Below are positions 8,909 to 17,377 of a stretch of DNA of 54,332 bases, in pieces. Under the pieces are notes generated by a model. It did not search any database and was not told where the DNA came from. It saw only the letters and a list, made by a program, of their open reading frames with translations. Numbering within the stretch: position 1 is the stretch's first letter; every line of letters begins with the position of its first letter. The position numbers were made by a program, and so were the translations under genes. The stretch covers positions 1-54,332 of IMG/VR virus record IMGVR_UViG_3300033153_003825. One strand, given 5' to 3'. The stretch is from a virus (taxonomy: Duplodnaviria > Caudoviricetes).

Positions 8909-10558
8909 ATGGAAAATTTTCTTTCCAAAGTCCTCGAAATCTCTCGCAGCGTCTTTGGTGTCGTTAAGGATCCAGGCCCCAATTCTGAGGGGTCCTATTT
9001 TAAGGTGATCGACGAAGCGTACCAAAGCTACGCCGAACATCGAGGAGAGATCCAAAAACTCCGCGATTTCTATAACGGCGACCAAATTCAGGGTACCGGG
9101 CTGAATGACGGGGATTACTATATCCCGGACTGGCCTGACGAGAACTCTGACGACAAGGACACGAGAGCAAGACGAATGCAGGACCTCGCGTGGAACCGTG
9201 TCCGTGAAGGGGTCCTGACCCACGCCGACGCCCTCTACGCATCAGGGGTCGGCGTTTCTGTGCATCGAAGAATAGAGTGGGACGAGGGGGCGACCACGTC
9301 TAGCGATGACCGGGAGTGGTTGGAGGGTTACTTCACCAATCGCTTTTGGAGACTGAACGAAATCTCCCAGTTCATGTGGGACACTTGGAAGACAGTCGGC
9401 GCGGAGCGTAGTGCGGTTGTGATGAACCTATGGTTAGACGCCAAAGCCAGGCGTCTCCAGCCATTCTCGGGTGAGGACACTCAACGCCAAGTGCATCAAG
9501 ACAGGGGTAGTGTGTGGCTTGAGCGTTTGGACAATCTTCAGGTTATTCCCATCCCACATCCCGTGACGCCCCGTGAGCTTGGTGGGGTCATCCGATGGTA
9601 CAAGAGGGCCACGAACGACGGCCTACCCGTTTTCACAGAACATGAATGTTATCCAGGTGAGCGCGGAACCGTCACCGAGTTGATTACAGACGATCTCTGG
9701 CTTCGGTGGCATGGTAGCAAGCTGGACCATCATGCGTGGGGAACGAAAAACAGGTACGGGGATGTGCGAACACTCTTTACTTGGTTTCGGAACCCCTCCG
9801 ACATAGCCGACTCCGATGACGCCGCCGCAGCCCAACTCCTCCTCCTCGAAAACACATATACGAACGCTGAAATCTCCAGGAGCCATGCGTTCCCGGAGAC
9901 GGTTTACGTCGCGTTCGAGCCACCGATGCGAGAGGACTCAAGCGGGAGGCAGGTCTTGGAGAAGGGTCCGAATGTGGCCTACGTCGCGCAGGACCCGAAC
10001 GCGAAGATTCTGAAGGTAGCTGCACCTGCCGGTCTTAGTGAGGTGGGCCTGAACGACTCTCGAATCCATACGATGCTAGATGAGGCATTGGGGCTCTCGC
10101 AGGTTGACCGTAATCAGGCGGGCGGGCTTGGTCAGTTACGTTCGGCTCCGGCGTTGGGTCGCCTCCAGGGAAGAAGTGAGAGGCGGCGGCGACGGAAAAT
10201 CTTGGCAGCGGACAAGGCGGAGAGGGACCTTTTCAAGTCGGTTAGGGACATGACGGTTTATCACTGTTACCCGGAGGAGGGGCGCGAAGCGTTTTTCGAT
10301 TCCAGGGTTATTGTGACATGGCCACCTGAAGGGTTTGGGGTGGACACATATACGGAGGCACAGAAGGACCAGATCGAGACTCAGGCTGGGCTGGAGACGC
10401 GCACGGAGCAGCTTCGTAAGCGGCACCCCGAGGCGTCTGAGGTTGAACTGAGCGAGATGGCCGACCAAATTGAGAAGGAGTTGGAAGCAAAGAAAGAGGA
10501 GGTTGAGCGGAAGCCCGATCCCAACGCGACGTTGAGGTCTAACGCCCAACCAGAGTAG
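8909..10558 (+). CDS. portal protein
   Basis: 549 aa directly after terL; LRDFYNGDQ N-terminal motif and VIVTWP near the C-terminus, typical of SPP1-like portals. Confidence 0.8.
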   Translation: MENFLSKVLEISRSVFGVVKDPGPNSEGSYFKVIDEAYQSYAEHRGEIQKLRDFYNGDQIQGTGLNDGDYYIPDWPDENSDDKDTRARRMQDLAWNRVREGVLTHADALYASGVGVSVHRRIEWDEGATTSSDDREWLEGYFTNRFWRLNEISQFMWDTWKTVGAERSAVVMNLWLDAKARRLQPFSGEDTQRQVHQDRGSVWLERLDNLQVIPIPHPVTPRELGGVIRWYKRATNDGLPVFTEHECYPGERGTVTELITDDLWLRWHGSKLDHHAWGTKNRYGDVRTLFTWFRNPSDIADSDDAAAAQLLLLENTYTNAEISRSHAFPETVYVAFEPPMREDSSGRQVLEKGPNVAYVAQDPNAKILKVAAPAGLSEVGLNDSRIHTMLDEALGLSQVDRNQAGGLGQLRSAPALGRLQGRSERRRRRKILAADKAERDLFKSVRDMTVYHCYPEEGREAFFDSRVIVTWPPEGFGVDTYTEAQKDQIETQAGLETRTEQLRKRHPEASEVELSEMADQIEKELEAKKEEVERKPDPNATLRSNAQPE

Positions 10559-10578
10559 CATCCAAACCGGAGAGCCTG

Positions 10579-11244
10579 ATGGCTGACAAAGAAGAGGATG
10601 TGAAGGAGAGTCAAAAACCTGATGGTGAGACTCAAAACGCCGATGCCAGTGACGGTGCGGACGACCCTGATGGGAAGACCGACAATAAACTGGAAGAGTC
10701 TGCGTCACCAGAGTTAGCTAAGTACATTAAAGAGCTTCGTACCGAACAGGTTCGGCGGAACAAGACGAACCAGGAGCTTAAAGGCGAACTCGACAAGCTC
10801 AAGTCCGATAGGAAAGAAGAAGCCAAGCGGCTGAAGGCGTTGGAGGACAAGGACAAGTCCGAAGAGGACCTGAAGGCCGAGCGGTTGAAGGAGTTGGAAG
10901 AGACTGCGGGCAAGCTCCCGGAACTTGAGAAGTATCACAAGCACGTTAAGGCTCTTTACGGAAGGCGGATAAAGGCAGTGAAGGAGGCGGGCGAGGAAGT
11001 TCAGGCGTCCATCGACTCACTGTTGGAGGACATGCCCAAGGATGATTTCTTGGGCAGGCTGAAGGTCATTGACGCCGTTCTCGCCGTTGCGGGGAAGAAG
11101 AAGGAGATGCCGGAGGAGGATGTTGGGAATCCGGCTGAAACGGGGGATGGAGAGTCCGGGAAGACGTTAGCAGGTGACTTGGCCTGGAGCCCTATGGGGC
11201 AACACGAGGCCGGTCTTGCTGGACTGACAAAAACGTCCGAGTAG
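10579..11244 (+). CDS. capsid scaffolding protein
   Basis: acidic N-terminus, YIKELRTE plus coiled coil, located between portal and capsid genes. Confidence 0.75.
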   Translation: MADKEEDVKESQKPDGETQNADASDGADDPDGKTDNKLEESASPELAKYIKELRTEQVRRNKTNQELKGELDKLKSDRKEEAKRLKALEDKDKSEEDLKAERLKELEETAGKLPELEKYHKHVKALYGRRIKAVKEAGEEVQASIDSLLEDMPKDDFLGRLKVIDAVLAVAGKKKEMPEEDVGNPAETGDGESGKTLAGDLAWSPMGQHEAGLAGLTKTSE

Positions 11245-11255
11245 GAGTGTGACCT

Positions 11256-12101
11256 ATGGCTGATTTGACTATTGTTGCAGCCGCAGTCCGGGCCGTCGAA
11301 GGCGATCCGGCTGAGACTACGACGATGGACGCTGCCTCTGGGTTTACGCCCACCAACGGAGCCTGCGTTGCCGTTTCTGGCAACGATGAGGTTGACGCTT
11401 GCGATGCCGCCCTTTCAAGTGGGCTTTCTGTGCCACTTGGATTAGTGGAGTCGTTCAAGACGATCAGAACGACCGCTGGTAGCAGCGGATACCGCGTGAC
11501 CGTGAGGAAGCGTGGTATCATGGAGGGATGGACCGGCCTTACGGCTGGTGACGTCATTTACAATTCTCTAACGGCAGGGGCGCTCGCTGACGCGGACCCG
11601 ACCGATGGTCTTATGGCTATCGGCACCCTGCTCATCAGCGGCACGGCGGAGAAGTTCAAGACCACCACCACTGCTGAGTTCATCATCGACGGTGTACCCC
11701 ACACCAAGGCCGCTGCGGACAATCTTGTGTTCTCTGCTGCCGATACCATTAACGTGGGTGCTGCCACAGGTACTTTCTGGGGCGCATGGCTGGTTCAGAC
11801 CAATGCGGCTGGTACGGTAACTACGAAGCCTGCCGCTGGGCTTGATGACCAGGTGTACACCACGGAGGCCCTCGCGGTCGCCGCCCTTCCCGCCGCTGAC
11901 GCGGACAAGGCCGCTCTTGGCTACATCACCGTCAATTCTGATACCGACGTTGATTGGGTTGCCAACACGGACGACCTGACCGATGCGTCAGACTGTACCA
12001 CCGCCGACTTCTACGACGGTGTCGCAGGAACTAAAAACGGTAAGGCAATCGGTGTGGCTTTGAATGCCACGCAAATCGAACTTGCCATGCCGAGCCTCTA
12101 A
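11256..12101 (+). CDS. capsid decoration/cement protein with inserted domain
   Basis: GLTAGDVIY.S..AGAL...IGVALNAT cement-like motifs separated by a ~150-aa insert; precedes the MCP. Confidence 0.65.
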   Translation: MADLTIVAAAVRAVEGDPAETTTMDAASGFTPTNGACVAVSGNDEVDACDAALSSGLSVPLGLVESFKTIRTTAGSSGYRVTVRKRGIMEGWTGLTAGDVIYNSLTAGALADADPTDGLMAIGTLLISGTAEKFKTTTTAEFIIDGVPHTKAAADNLVFSAADTINVGAATGTFWGAWLVQTNAAGTVTTKPAAGLDDQVYTTEALAVAALPAADADKAALGYITVNSDTDVDWVANTDDLTDASDCTTADFYDGVAGTKNGKAIGVALNATQIELAMPSL

Positions 12102-12121
12102 GGGAGAAAGGATAGATTACC

Positions 12122-13228
12122 ATGGCTGATACGTCTTATGGAATCCACCTGTCTCCCGACCTTCTCGGTGGTACCGTCCAAGGGATGGACATTGAGAAGT
12201 TGTCTCGTGAGAGGATTCGCGAGATGTTGGATGCGAGACAGGCGGCACGGAACGCTGCTGTTGATCTGATTCTTGGTGGACTCGCTATCAAAACGACCAA
12301 TCGTGCAGCCCTCATCGGCCAGCACACCGAGATTGGCGAGTGGGAAGATGCCACCGAGACGGGTCGTCCCAGGCGGCGGAAGGTTGCTGGCCTCACCGGG
12401 GTCGGCTTCCCGATCTACAAGTACGAAATGCGGAGCGGCTGGAGTTACGACTACTTGGCGAAGGCCACGAACATCGAACTGCTCTCCACTTTCGAGGAGA
12501 TCATGGGTGGACACCTAATGCGCCTCTATAAGGGTGCGCTGCGGGCTCTGTTTGGAAACACCGCCTATGAATGGAGTGACACTCTGTTCCAGGAGGACGG
12601 AACGCTCAAGGTCATGCCGCTGGTTGGGGCCGACTCTGACTTCACGCCCCCGCCTTGGCAGGGTACTACCTTCACTGGCACTCACGACCACCACATCGCC
12701 AATGGTGCCACCTTTGATGAAGCCGACCTAACCCTCGCTGCCGAAGAGGTTCGGGAGCATGGGTACGGCCAGCCGCGCTCTATCGGCGGGTTTGGTGGGC
12801 ACATTGAAGTGTGGATTCCCACCAACATGAAGGCGACGGTAATCGCGTTCACGAACCACATCGACCCCAATGACCAGATGGTGTCCGACATCAACAAGAT
12901 TTGGGCGAAGATCGACGGTGACAGGTACCTTGGATGGAACAGTGCTTCCAAGGTCTGGATCCGGGAGGTTCCGTGGTTGCCCGATGACTATTACTTGGCT
13001 TTCGCCAACACTATCACGGCCCCTGGCCAGAGGAACGCTTTTGCGCCGTTGCGTATGCGGGTTCCCGAGGTCGCGGCCCTTCGTGGCATCAAACGGTTTG
13101 ATGACAAAGAGTTCCCACTTCAGGATTCCTACTGGGTGGACTTCTTCGGCTTCGGTGTTTACGACCGTATTTCTGCTGCGGCTGGATTTCTCGACGCCAG
13201 CACCTATGCGGTGCCTGACATCACCTAA
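12122..13228 (+). CDS. major capsid protein
   Basis: 368 aa, position after scaffold and decoration genes, FGFGVYDRISA C-terminal HK97-like strand, followed by a strong hairpin. Confidence 0.8.
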   Translation: MADTSYGIHLSPDLLGGTVQGMDIEKLSRERIREMLDARQAARNAAVDLILGGLAIKTTNRAALIGQHTEIGEWEDATETGRPRRRKVAGLTGVGFPIYKYEMRSGWSYDYLAKATNIELLSTFEEIMGGHLMRLYKGALRALFGNTAYEWSDTLFQEDGTLKVMPLVGADSDFTPPPWQGTTFTGTHDHHIANGATFDEADLTLAAEEVREHGYGQPRSIGGFGGHIEVWIPTNMKATVIAFTNHIDPNDQMVSDINKIWAKIDGDRYLGWNSASKVWIREVPWLPDDYYLAFANTITAPGQRNAFAPLRMRVPEVAALRGIKRFDDKEFPLQDSYWVDFFGFGVYDRISAAAGFLDASTYAVPDIT

Positions 13229-13234
13229 CCGGAC

Positions 13235-13279
13235 GGGGTGGGGGGCGATCCCCCACCCCACCCCCACCCTTATGGGTGG
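13235..13279 (+). terminator. GC-rich hairpin(s) after MCP
   Basis: GGGGTGGGGG-GCGAT-CCCCCACCCC perfect 10-bp stem, then CCACCC-TTAT-GGGTGG; no U-tract. Confidence 0.5.
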
Positions 13280-13297
13280 AACTGAGGAGTAAGACCG

Positions 13298-13573
13298 ATG
13301 GCGGTACTGACTTTCTACGAGCGGTACAGGTCGGACACGAGGTTCAAGGAGCGCGTAGACGGTATCCTGATGGAGGCTATCTTCGCTGCGGCTGGGGTTG
13401 ACGCTGAGGCCCTGTGCAAACGCTGGGAGTCCGGGGATCACCAACTGAAGCTCAAGGAGGTGGCCTCGAAGCCCGAGCCGACGCCAGAGCCCAAGCCGAC
13501 GCCGAAGCCAAGAAAAACACCGACCAGGCGTCCAGCCAAAAGAGCTGGCGCTGCAAAAGGCGATAAAGGGTAA
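13298..13573 (+). CDS. hypothetical protein with Pro/Lys-rich tail
   Basis: GAGGAG RBS; KPEPTPEPKPTPKP tail. Confidence 0.7.
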   Translation: MAVLTFYERYRSDTRFKERVDGILMEAIFAAAGVDAEALCKRWESGDHQLKLKEVASKPEPTPEPKPTPKPRKTPTRRPAKRAGAAKGDKG

Positions 13574-13986
13574 TGGCTTTCGACGCTTATGCGACCGTAG
13601 GTGATATTCGTGCTTATGTCCCCACAGCGATTGACGACCTGTGGGAGCATGACGAACCCACCGCCAAGGACTCTCTTGTCAGGGCGGCGAAGAAGATCAA
13701 TGAGCGGTTCGCTGGAATGGAGCGGTTCACGATCATCCCCATCGCAGTCGAGGATAGTGGGGACTACGCCGAAGTTCTCGTGGAACTCAACGTCTACGAG
13801 GCCCTGTGGATCCGCGTCAGTGGTATTTACGCTGGCGAGGCATTCGAGGATACTTGGGCTTGGATTCGGATTCGTTTGAACCAGCTCTGGAGCGGAATAG
13901 AGGCAGGTACTTTCTCGTTTGGATCCGAGCCAGAGGCGGCGGCGGGTGGCGGTATTGCGATACACACCCGTAGGGTTTCCCCATAG
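13573..13986 (+). CDS. head-tail adaptor/connector
   Basis: YATVGDIRAY N-terminal motif of gp15/gp36-type adaptors; position. Confidence 0.65.
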   Translation: MAFDAYATVGDIRAYVPTAIDDLWEHDEPTAKDSLVRAAKKINERFAGMERFTIIPIAVEDSGDYAEVLVELNVYEALWIRVSGIYAGEAFEDTWAWIRIRLNQLWSGIEAGTFSFGSEPEAAAGGGIAIHTRRVSP

Positions 13987-13995
13987 GAGGCCCCC

Positions 13996-14469
13996 ATGCC
14001 GCAAGGTGACGTAAGGCTTCACGAATTTCTGGAGGCGATCCATGATCGGATCGTGGACCAGGTTTCATATCTTGATGGCTACGTGGGCGTAGTGGATGCT
14101 GACGAAGACACGGCCCCGGAGGTATTGAGAAAAGCGTTAGGCACCGGACGTTACGGTGTCAGAGTCATGCCAGCCTCGCCCGCCATGGTTCCCGAACCTG
14201 GCCTGGGTCAGATTACACTTTGGGATTTCAACGCTCTGATCGTTGTGCTTTTTCGTAAGATGGGCGCGATGGGGAGTAGGCCCAAAGATGACCAAGGTAG
14301 TGACATCACCGTAACAACCAAAGAGGTCATTACCAGCCTTATGGGCCAGCGGTTGTCGCTCCTCAATCAAGGTGGAGTAAGCTGTGGACCCGTCAAATAC
14401 GTGACGGACGGCACGGCGCTCCAAGCCATGATCTTCACCGCGAGCGGTAGCTCCAGAGAAGTGAGGTAA
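13996..14469 (+). CDS. tail terminator/completion protein (putative)
   Basis: 157 aa immediately before the tail tube gene; GGAGG RBS. Confidence 0.55.
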   Translation: MPQGDVRLHEFLEAIHDRIVDQVSYLDGYVGVVDADEDTAPEVLRKALGTGRYGVRVMPASPAMVPEPGLGQITLWDFNALIVVLFRKMGAMGSRPKDDQGSDITVTTKEVITSLMGQRLSLLNQGGVSCGPVKYVTDGTALQAMIFTASGSSREVR

Positions 14470-14471
14470 CT

Positions 14472-15671
14472 ATGCCCGGAGGATTTGAGTCGGGCCTGAG
14501 ATTGGTTGAGCATTATTTGGGCAGGGCGTCTGCTACGAAGCAGACAAGGGGTGTTTTTCCAACCCTGTCCTCTGGTCCCGAAATCAACATTGGCAGAGCA
14601 ATCCGCAATGCTGAGAACCGGATTACCGGGACTGCCGCTCAGGCCGCGAATACAGTCAGTGTTCACGGGACGTTCCCAACGGCGTCCATCACAATGGATG
14701 CAAGGCCGGAGGATATGATCCTCCCCCTGATGTCCTTCTTTCACAACCGCAAGTACACTGTGATTTCACAGGGTACGGGTGGCCCTAGTTCGTATTCGAC
14801 CCCATGGACAGAGACGGGCACGTTCCAGTTTGGTATGCTGGACGCGAAGCCCGATCACACTGGGGCCGTCATTGGGGTGTACGACGATGGTGCAGCCTCC
14901 TACAACGAACAGGTAGAGATGTCCGACGTTTACTCTATTGGTTTAGAGTACCTGTACGGCCATGGAGACTTGGGCGATGCGGACAACGCCGCGTTCATCG
15001 AGAACTTCGTCTCTAACATGATTCGGTTTGAGGTGACACGCGGAATCGACAACTACCTCCTCTTCACGTTTGCCGGTTTCGGTCGCACGGGCGATGAGGT
15101 AGCAGATGTCGTGGAGGCTACGTGGGGTCCGGGGACCAACGGTAACTATTCGGACCAGTCCGTGTTGACTCCCGAGGACATGACTCTCACAACCTTAAAA
15201 CTCAACTCTGCGGACGTGTCTTCGACGTTCGAGCCCTGGCTGGATTCGCTGACCATTGAGATGACCAATGGCATCGAGGGTCGTGACGCTTTGGGGTTCG
15301 ATGAGTTTAATGCTCTTGCCACCGCTGGTCGCCCATCGGTTACGGGTACGATTGGCATGAGCCACATCAGCAGCGAGTTCCTAGATGCGCTGGCGGCTGG
15401 ACAGAAGTTTGAGTTGACGGTCGAGTTCACAAATGGCACCAATCAGGATTTGACCATCACTCTACCCTACTGCAAGTTCCATGAGAGCTTCAACCCTACT
15501 TCTGGGGATGTGGGTGCCGACGTGACCCTGGAAGCGCCGTTTAGAGCGGTGATAGACCCCAGCGTGGTGAAACCGTTGGCGGAGGTGCAGTTGGACACGC
15601 TTTTCGATGTTCGTACCAACAGCTTCTTCCTGGCGACCACATTGGCGGACGCGGCGACGTACATCGCTTAG
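14472..15671 (+). CDS. major tail tube protein
   Basis: LTIEMTNGIE...GRPSVTGTI...LTITLP...TLEAPFRA tail-tube motifs; upstream of the chaperones. Confidence 0.8.
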   Translation: MPGGFESGLRLVEHYLGRASATKQTRGVFPTLSSGPEINIGRAIRNAENRITGTAAQAANTVSVHGTFPTASITMDARPEDMILPLMSFFHNRKYTVISQGTGGPSSYSTPWTETGTFQFGMLDAKPDHTGAVIGVYDDGAASYNEQVEMSDVYSIGLEYLYGHGDLGDADNAAFIENFVSNMIRFEVTRGIDNYLLFTFAGFGRTGDEVADVVEATWGPGTNGNYSDQSVLTPEDMTLTTLKLNSADVSSTFEPWLDSLTIEMTNGIEGRDALGFDEFNALATAGRPSVTGTIGMSHISSEFLDALAAGQKFELTVEFTNGTNQDLTITLPYCKFHESFNPTSGDVGADVTLEAPFRAVIDPSVVKPLAEVQLDTLFDVRTNSFFLATTLADAATYIA

Positions 15672-15679
15672 GAGGCGAT

Positions 15680-15904
15680 ATGACCAAGATTCGACCTGAA
15701 GCATTGGTCGAAATCTGGGCGAAGCGTCCTGATGTGTTTGAGCTAGAGCCCATTCACGTCAGGGCGCAGTTCGCCGCCCAGGTAGAGGCCAAGATCAAGG
15801 AACTGGAGAGGGCTGCACAGAAAGCAGCCGAGAAGGTCGCCAAGGCAAAGATCGCGGCGAAAAAGAAGACTCCGGCCAAGAAGGCTGGCACGAAGGGGGA
15901 TTAG
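15680..15904 (+). CDS. small Lys/Ala-rich protein
   Basis: GGAGG RBS; histone-like AKKKTPAKK tail. Confidence 0.65.
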   Translation: MTKIRPEALVEIWAKRPDVFELEPIHVRAQFAAQVEAKIKELERAAQKAAEKVAKAKIAAKKKTPAKKAGTKGD

Positions 15905-16297
15905 GTGATTACGCTAGACCTGACGGAAAAAGGACTGCGGCCCATGACGGTCACGGGTACGGACACTGACGGCGATCCTTTTGAGATTCGTTTCGTATTC
16001 AAGAAGCGTCTGACTCGCCAACAGTCTATGCTCATGACAAGGACGGTAGGGAAGGGGAAGAGGGCCAAAGAGGTGCCGGACCTTGTAAGGCTTTATGGCA
16101 GCACGATACAAAGCATTCACCTGATCCTTGGCCTACGTCTTACGTTTAATGGAGAGGTTCTCCCGACTGACGTTCCGATCGAGGATGCCGCGATGGTCCT
16201 GGCAATCATGGATAACATTCCGACCGACATCACGGAAGAAGTGGACAGCCATGTGTTGGGTACCGCAGAACTAGAGGTGGACGCAAAAAACTCCTAA
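15905..16297 (+). CDS. tail assembly chaperone (G-like)
   Basis: position before the tape measure gene; ends GCA AAA AAC TCC TAA at a slippery site. Confidence 0.8.
   Translation: MITLDLTEKGLRPMTVTGTDTDGDPFEIRFVFKKRLTRQQSMLMTRTVGKGKRAKEVPDLVRLYGSTIQSIHLILGLRLTFNGEVLPTDVPIEDAAMVLAIMDNIPTDITEEVDSHVLGTAELEVDAKNS
16285..16291 (+). other. -1 programmed ribosomal frameshift site A AAA AAC
   Basis: X XXY YYZ heptamer; the -1 frame is open from 16291 through ORF 16390-16836. Confidence 0.85.
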
Positions 16298-16836
16298 AGT
16301 GGGCAGCTACGGCGTACTTCCTGGCGTCGAGTGAGGAAGGGAAGTGCGAAGGTTGTCCACTGGATGGAGTAGCGACAAGTCGGATCTGCTTGGATGATCC
16401 AGATTCATTCCCCTTAACCCTTGCGGACGGGAAGCACGAAGTACAGATTGAGAGCAAGGCAGAGATGCTTCCACTATTAACGGAGTTCACCGAGGCGGTG
16501 TTCTCCGAACTAAACCGCCCTGGGGTGTCAGTTCACCCCAGGGCATTCTTGAAGGTAAGAAGAGGTGAGAAGAAGAGGACGGTTCCGTTTTGTCCAGCAT
16601 CGTTTCCGACGCCCCCGTGGGCCAGGGCGGTGATCGAACAAATCTCAATGGACATATCAGGGATGCAGCCTCGCTTCTTCTACAACGACAAAGCGTGGTT
16701 GGAGCAGCCAGCTATTTATTGCTCATGCTACATTGCCGTCTCTGAGGCAAAAAAAGTGGTAGACGACTGGCTTGAGGAGCGAAGGAAGAAGCGGGAGCCC
16801 CACGATGGAAGCGGATCCATTCGCAGTCGCGGTTAG
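16291..16836 (+). CDS. tail chaperone frameshift extension (GT-like)
   Basis: -1 frame reads LLKWAATAYFLASSEEGKCEGCP...ICLDDPDSF...WLEQPAIY. Confidence 0.75.
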   Translation, partial: LLKWAATAYFLASSEEGKCEGCPLDGVATSRICLDDPDSFPLTLADGKHEVQIESKAEMLPLLTEFTEAVFSELNRPGVSVHPRAFLKVRRGEKKRTVPFCPASFPTPPWARAVIEQISMDISGMQPRFFYNDKAWLEQPAIYCSCYIAVSEAKKVVDDWLEERRKKREPHDGSGSIRSRG

Positions 16837-17368
16837 GTCGATCGCCATAGCCCATCGGGGAACGAAGACCCTCCTTCAGCTTTCAGCAGACAAAGTAGCC
16901 CAAGGGATCAGGAAAAACATCAACGCGGGGCGCAACGCTTCAGGGAAAATGCCAGAAGGCGCTCCCACCTGGGTTGCTGGCACACCGATGACGCCTCTCT
17001 CTAAAGCAACCCTGATGATCCGTGAAAAAAACGGCATCTCCAGTACCCGACCCTTCTATGAGACTGGTTACACTTATGACCATATCGGAGGCTGGCTTGC
17101 TGACGCCATATCGGTTCGTGTGGGCGGGACGACAAAGAAGGCCAGGCAGTGCATTTCGCTCAATTATGGCACCGAGGTTATGGGTTCGGAGATGAAAGGA
17201 ATCAGGGAGGCTCTCAAGTCAGAGGCACCTGATTCTGAGATCCCTCCGAGGAATCCTGTCGGCTACACGAAGCAAACGTCTGACGCCATCTTCGGTTTTT
17301 GGGCGAAGGCTATGAAGGTGGGGGACGCTTCTCACTCCACTCACCGTATGGACATCACGCTTTTTTAG
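16805..17368 (+). CDS. virion morphogenesis/neck protein (Mu gpG/HK97 gp10-like, putative)
   Basis: PLSKAT...RPFYETG and IPPRNPVG motifs; GGAG RBS before ATG 16805. Confidence 0.55.
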   Translation: MEADPFAVAVRSIAIAHRGTKTLLQLSADKVAQGIRKNINAGRNASGKMPEGAPTWVAGTPMTPLSKATLMIREKNGISSTRPFYETGYTYDHIGGWLADAISVRVGGTTKKARQCISLNYGTEVMGSEMKGIREALKSEAPDSEIPPRNPVGYTKQTSDAIFGFWAKAMKVGDASHSTHRMDITLF

Positions 17369-17377
17369 GAGCTACCG

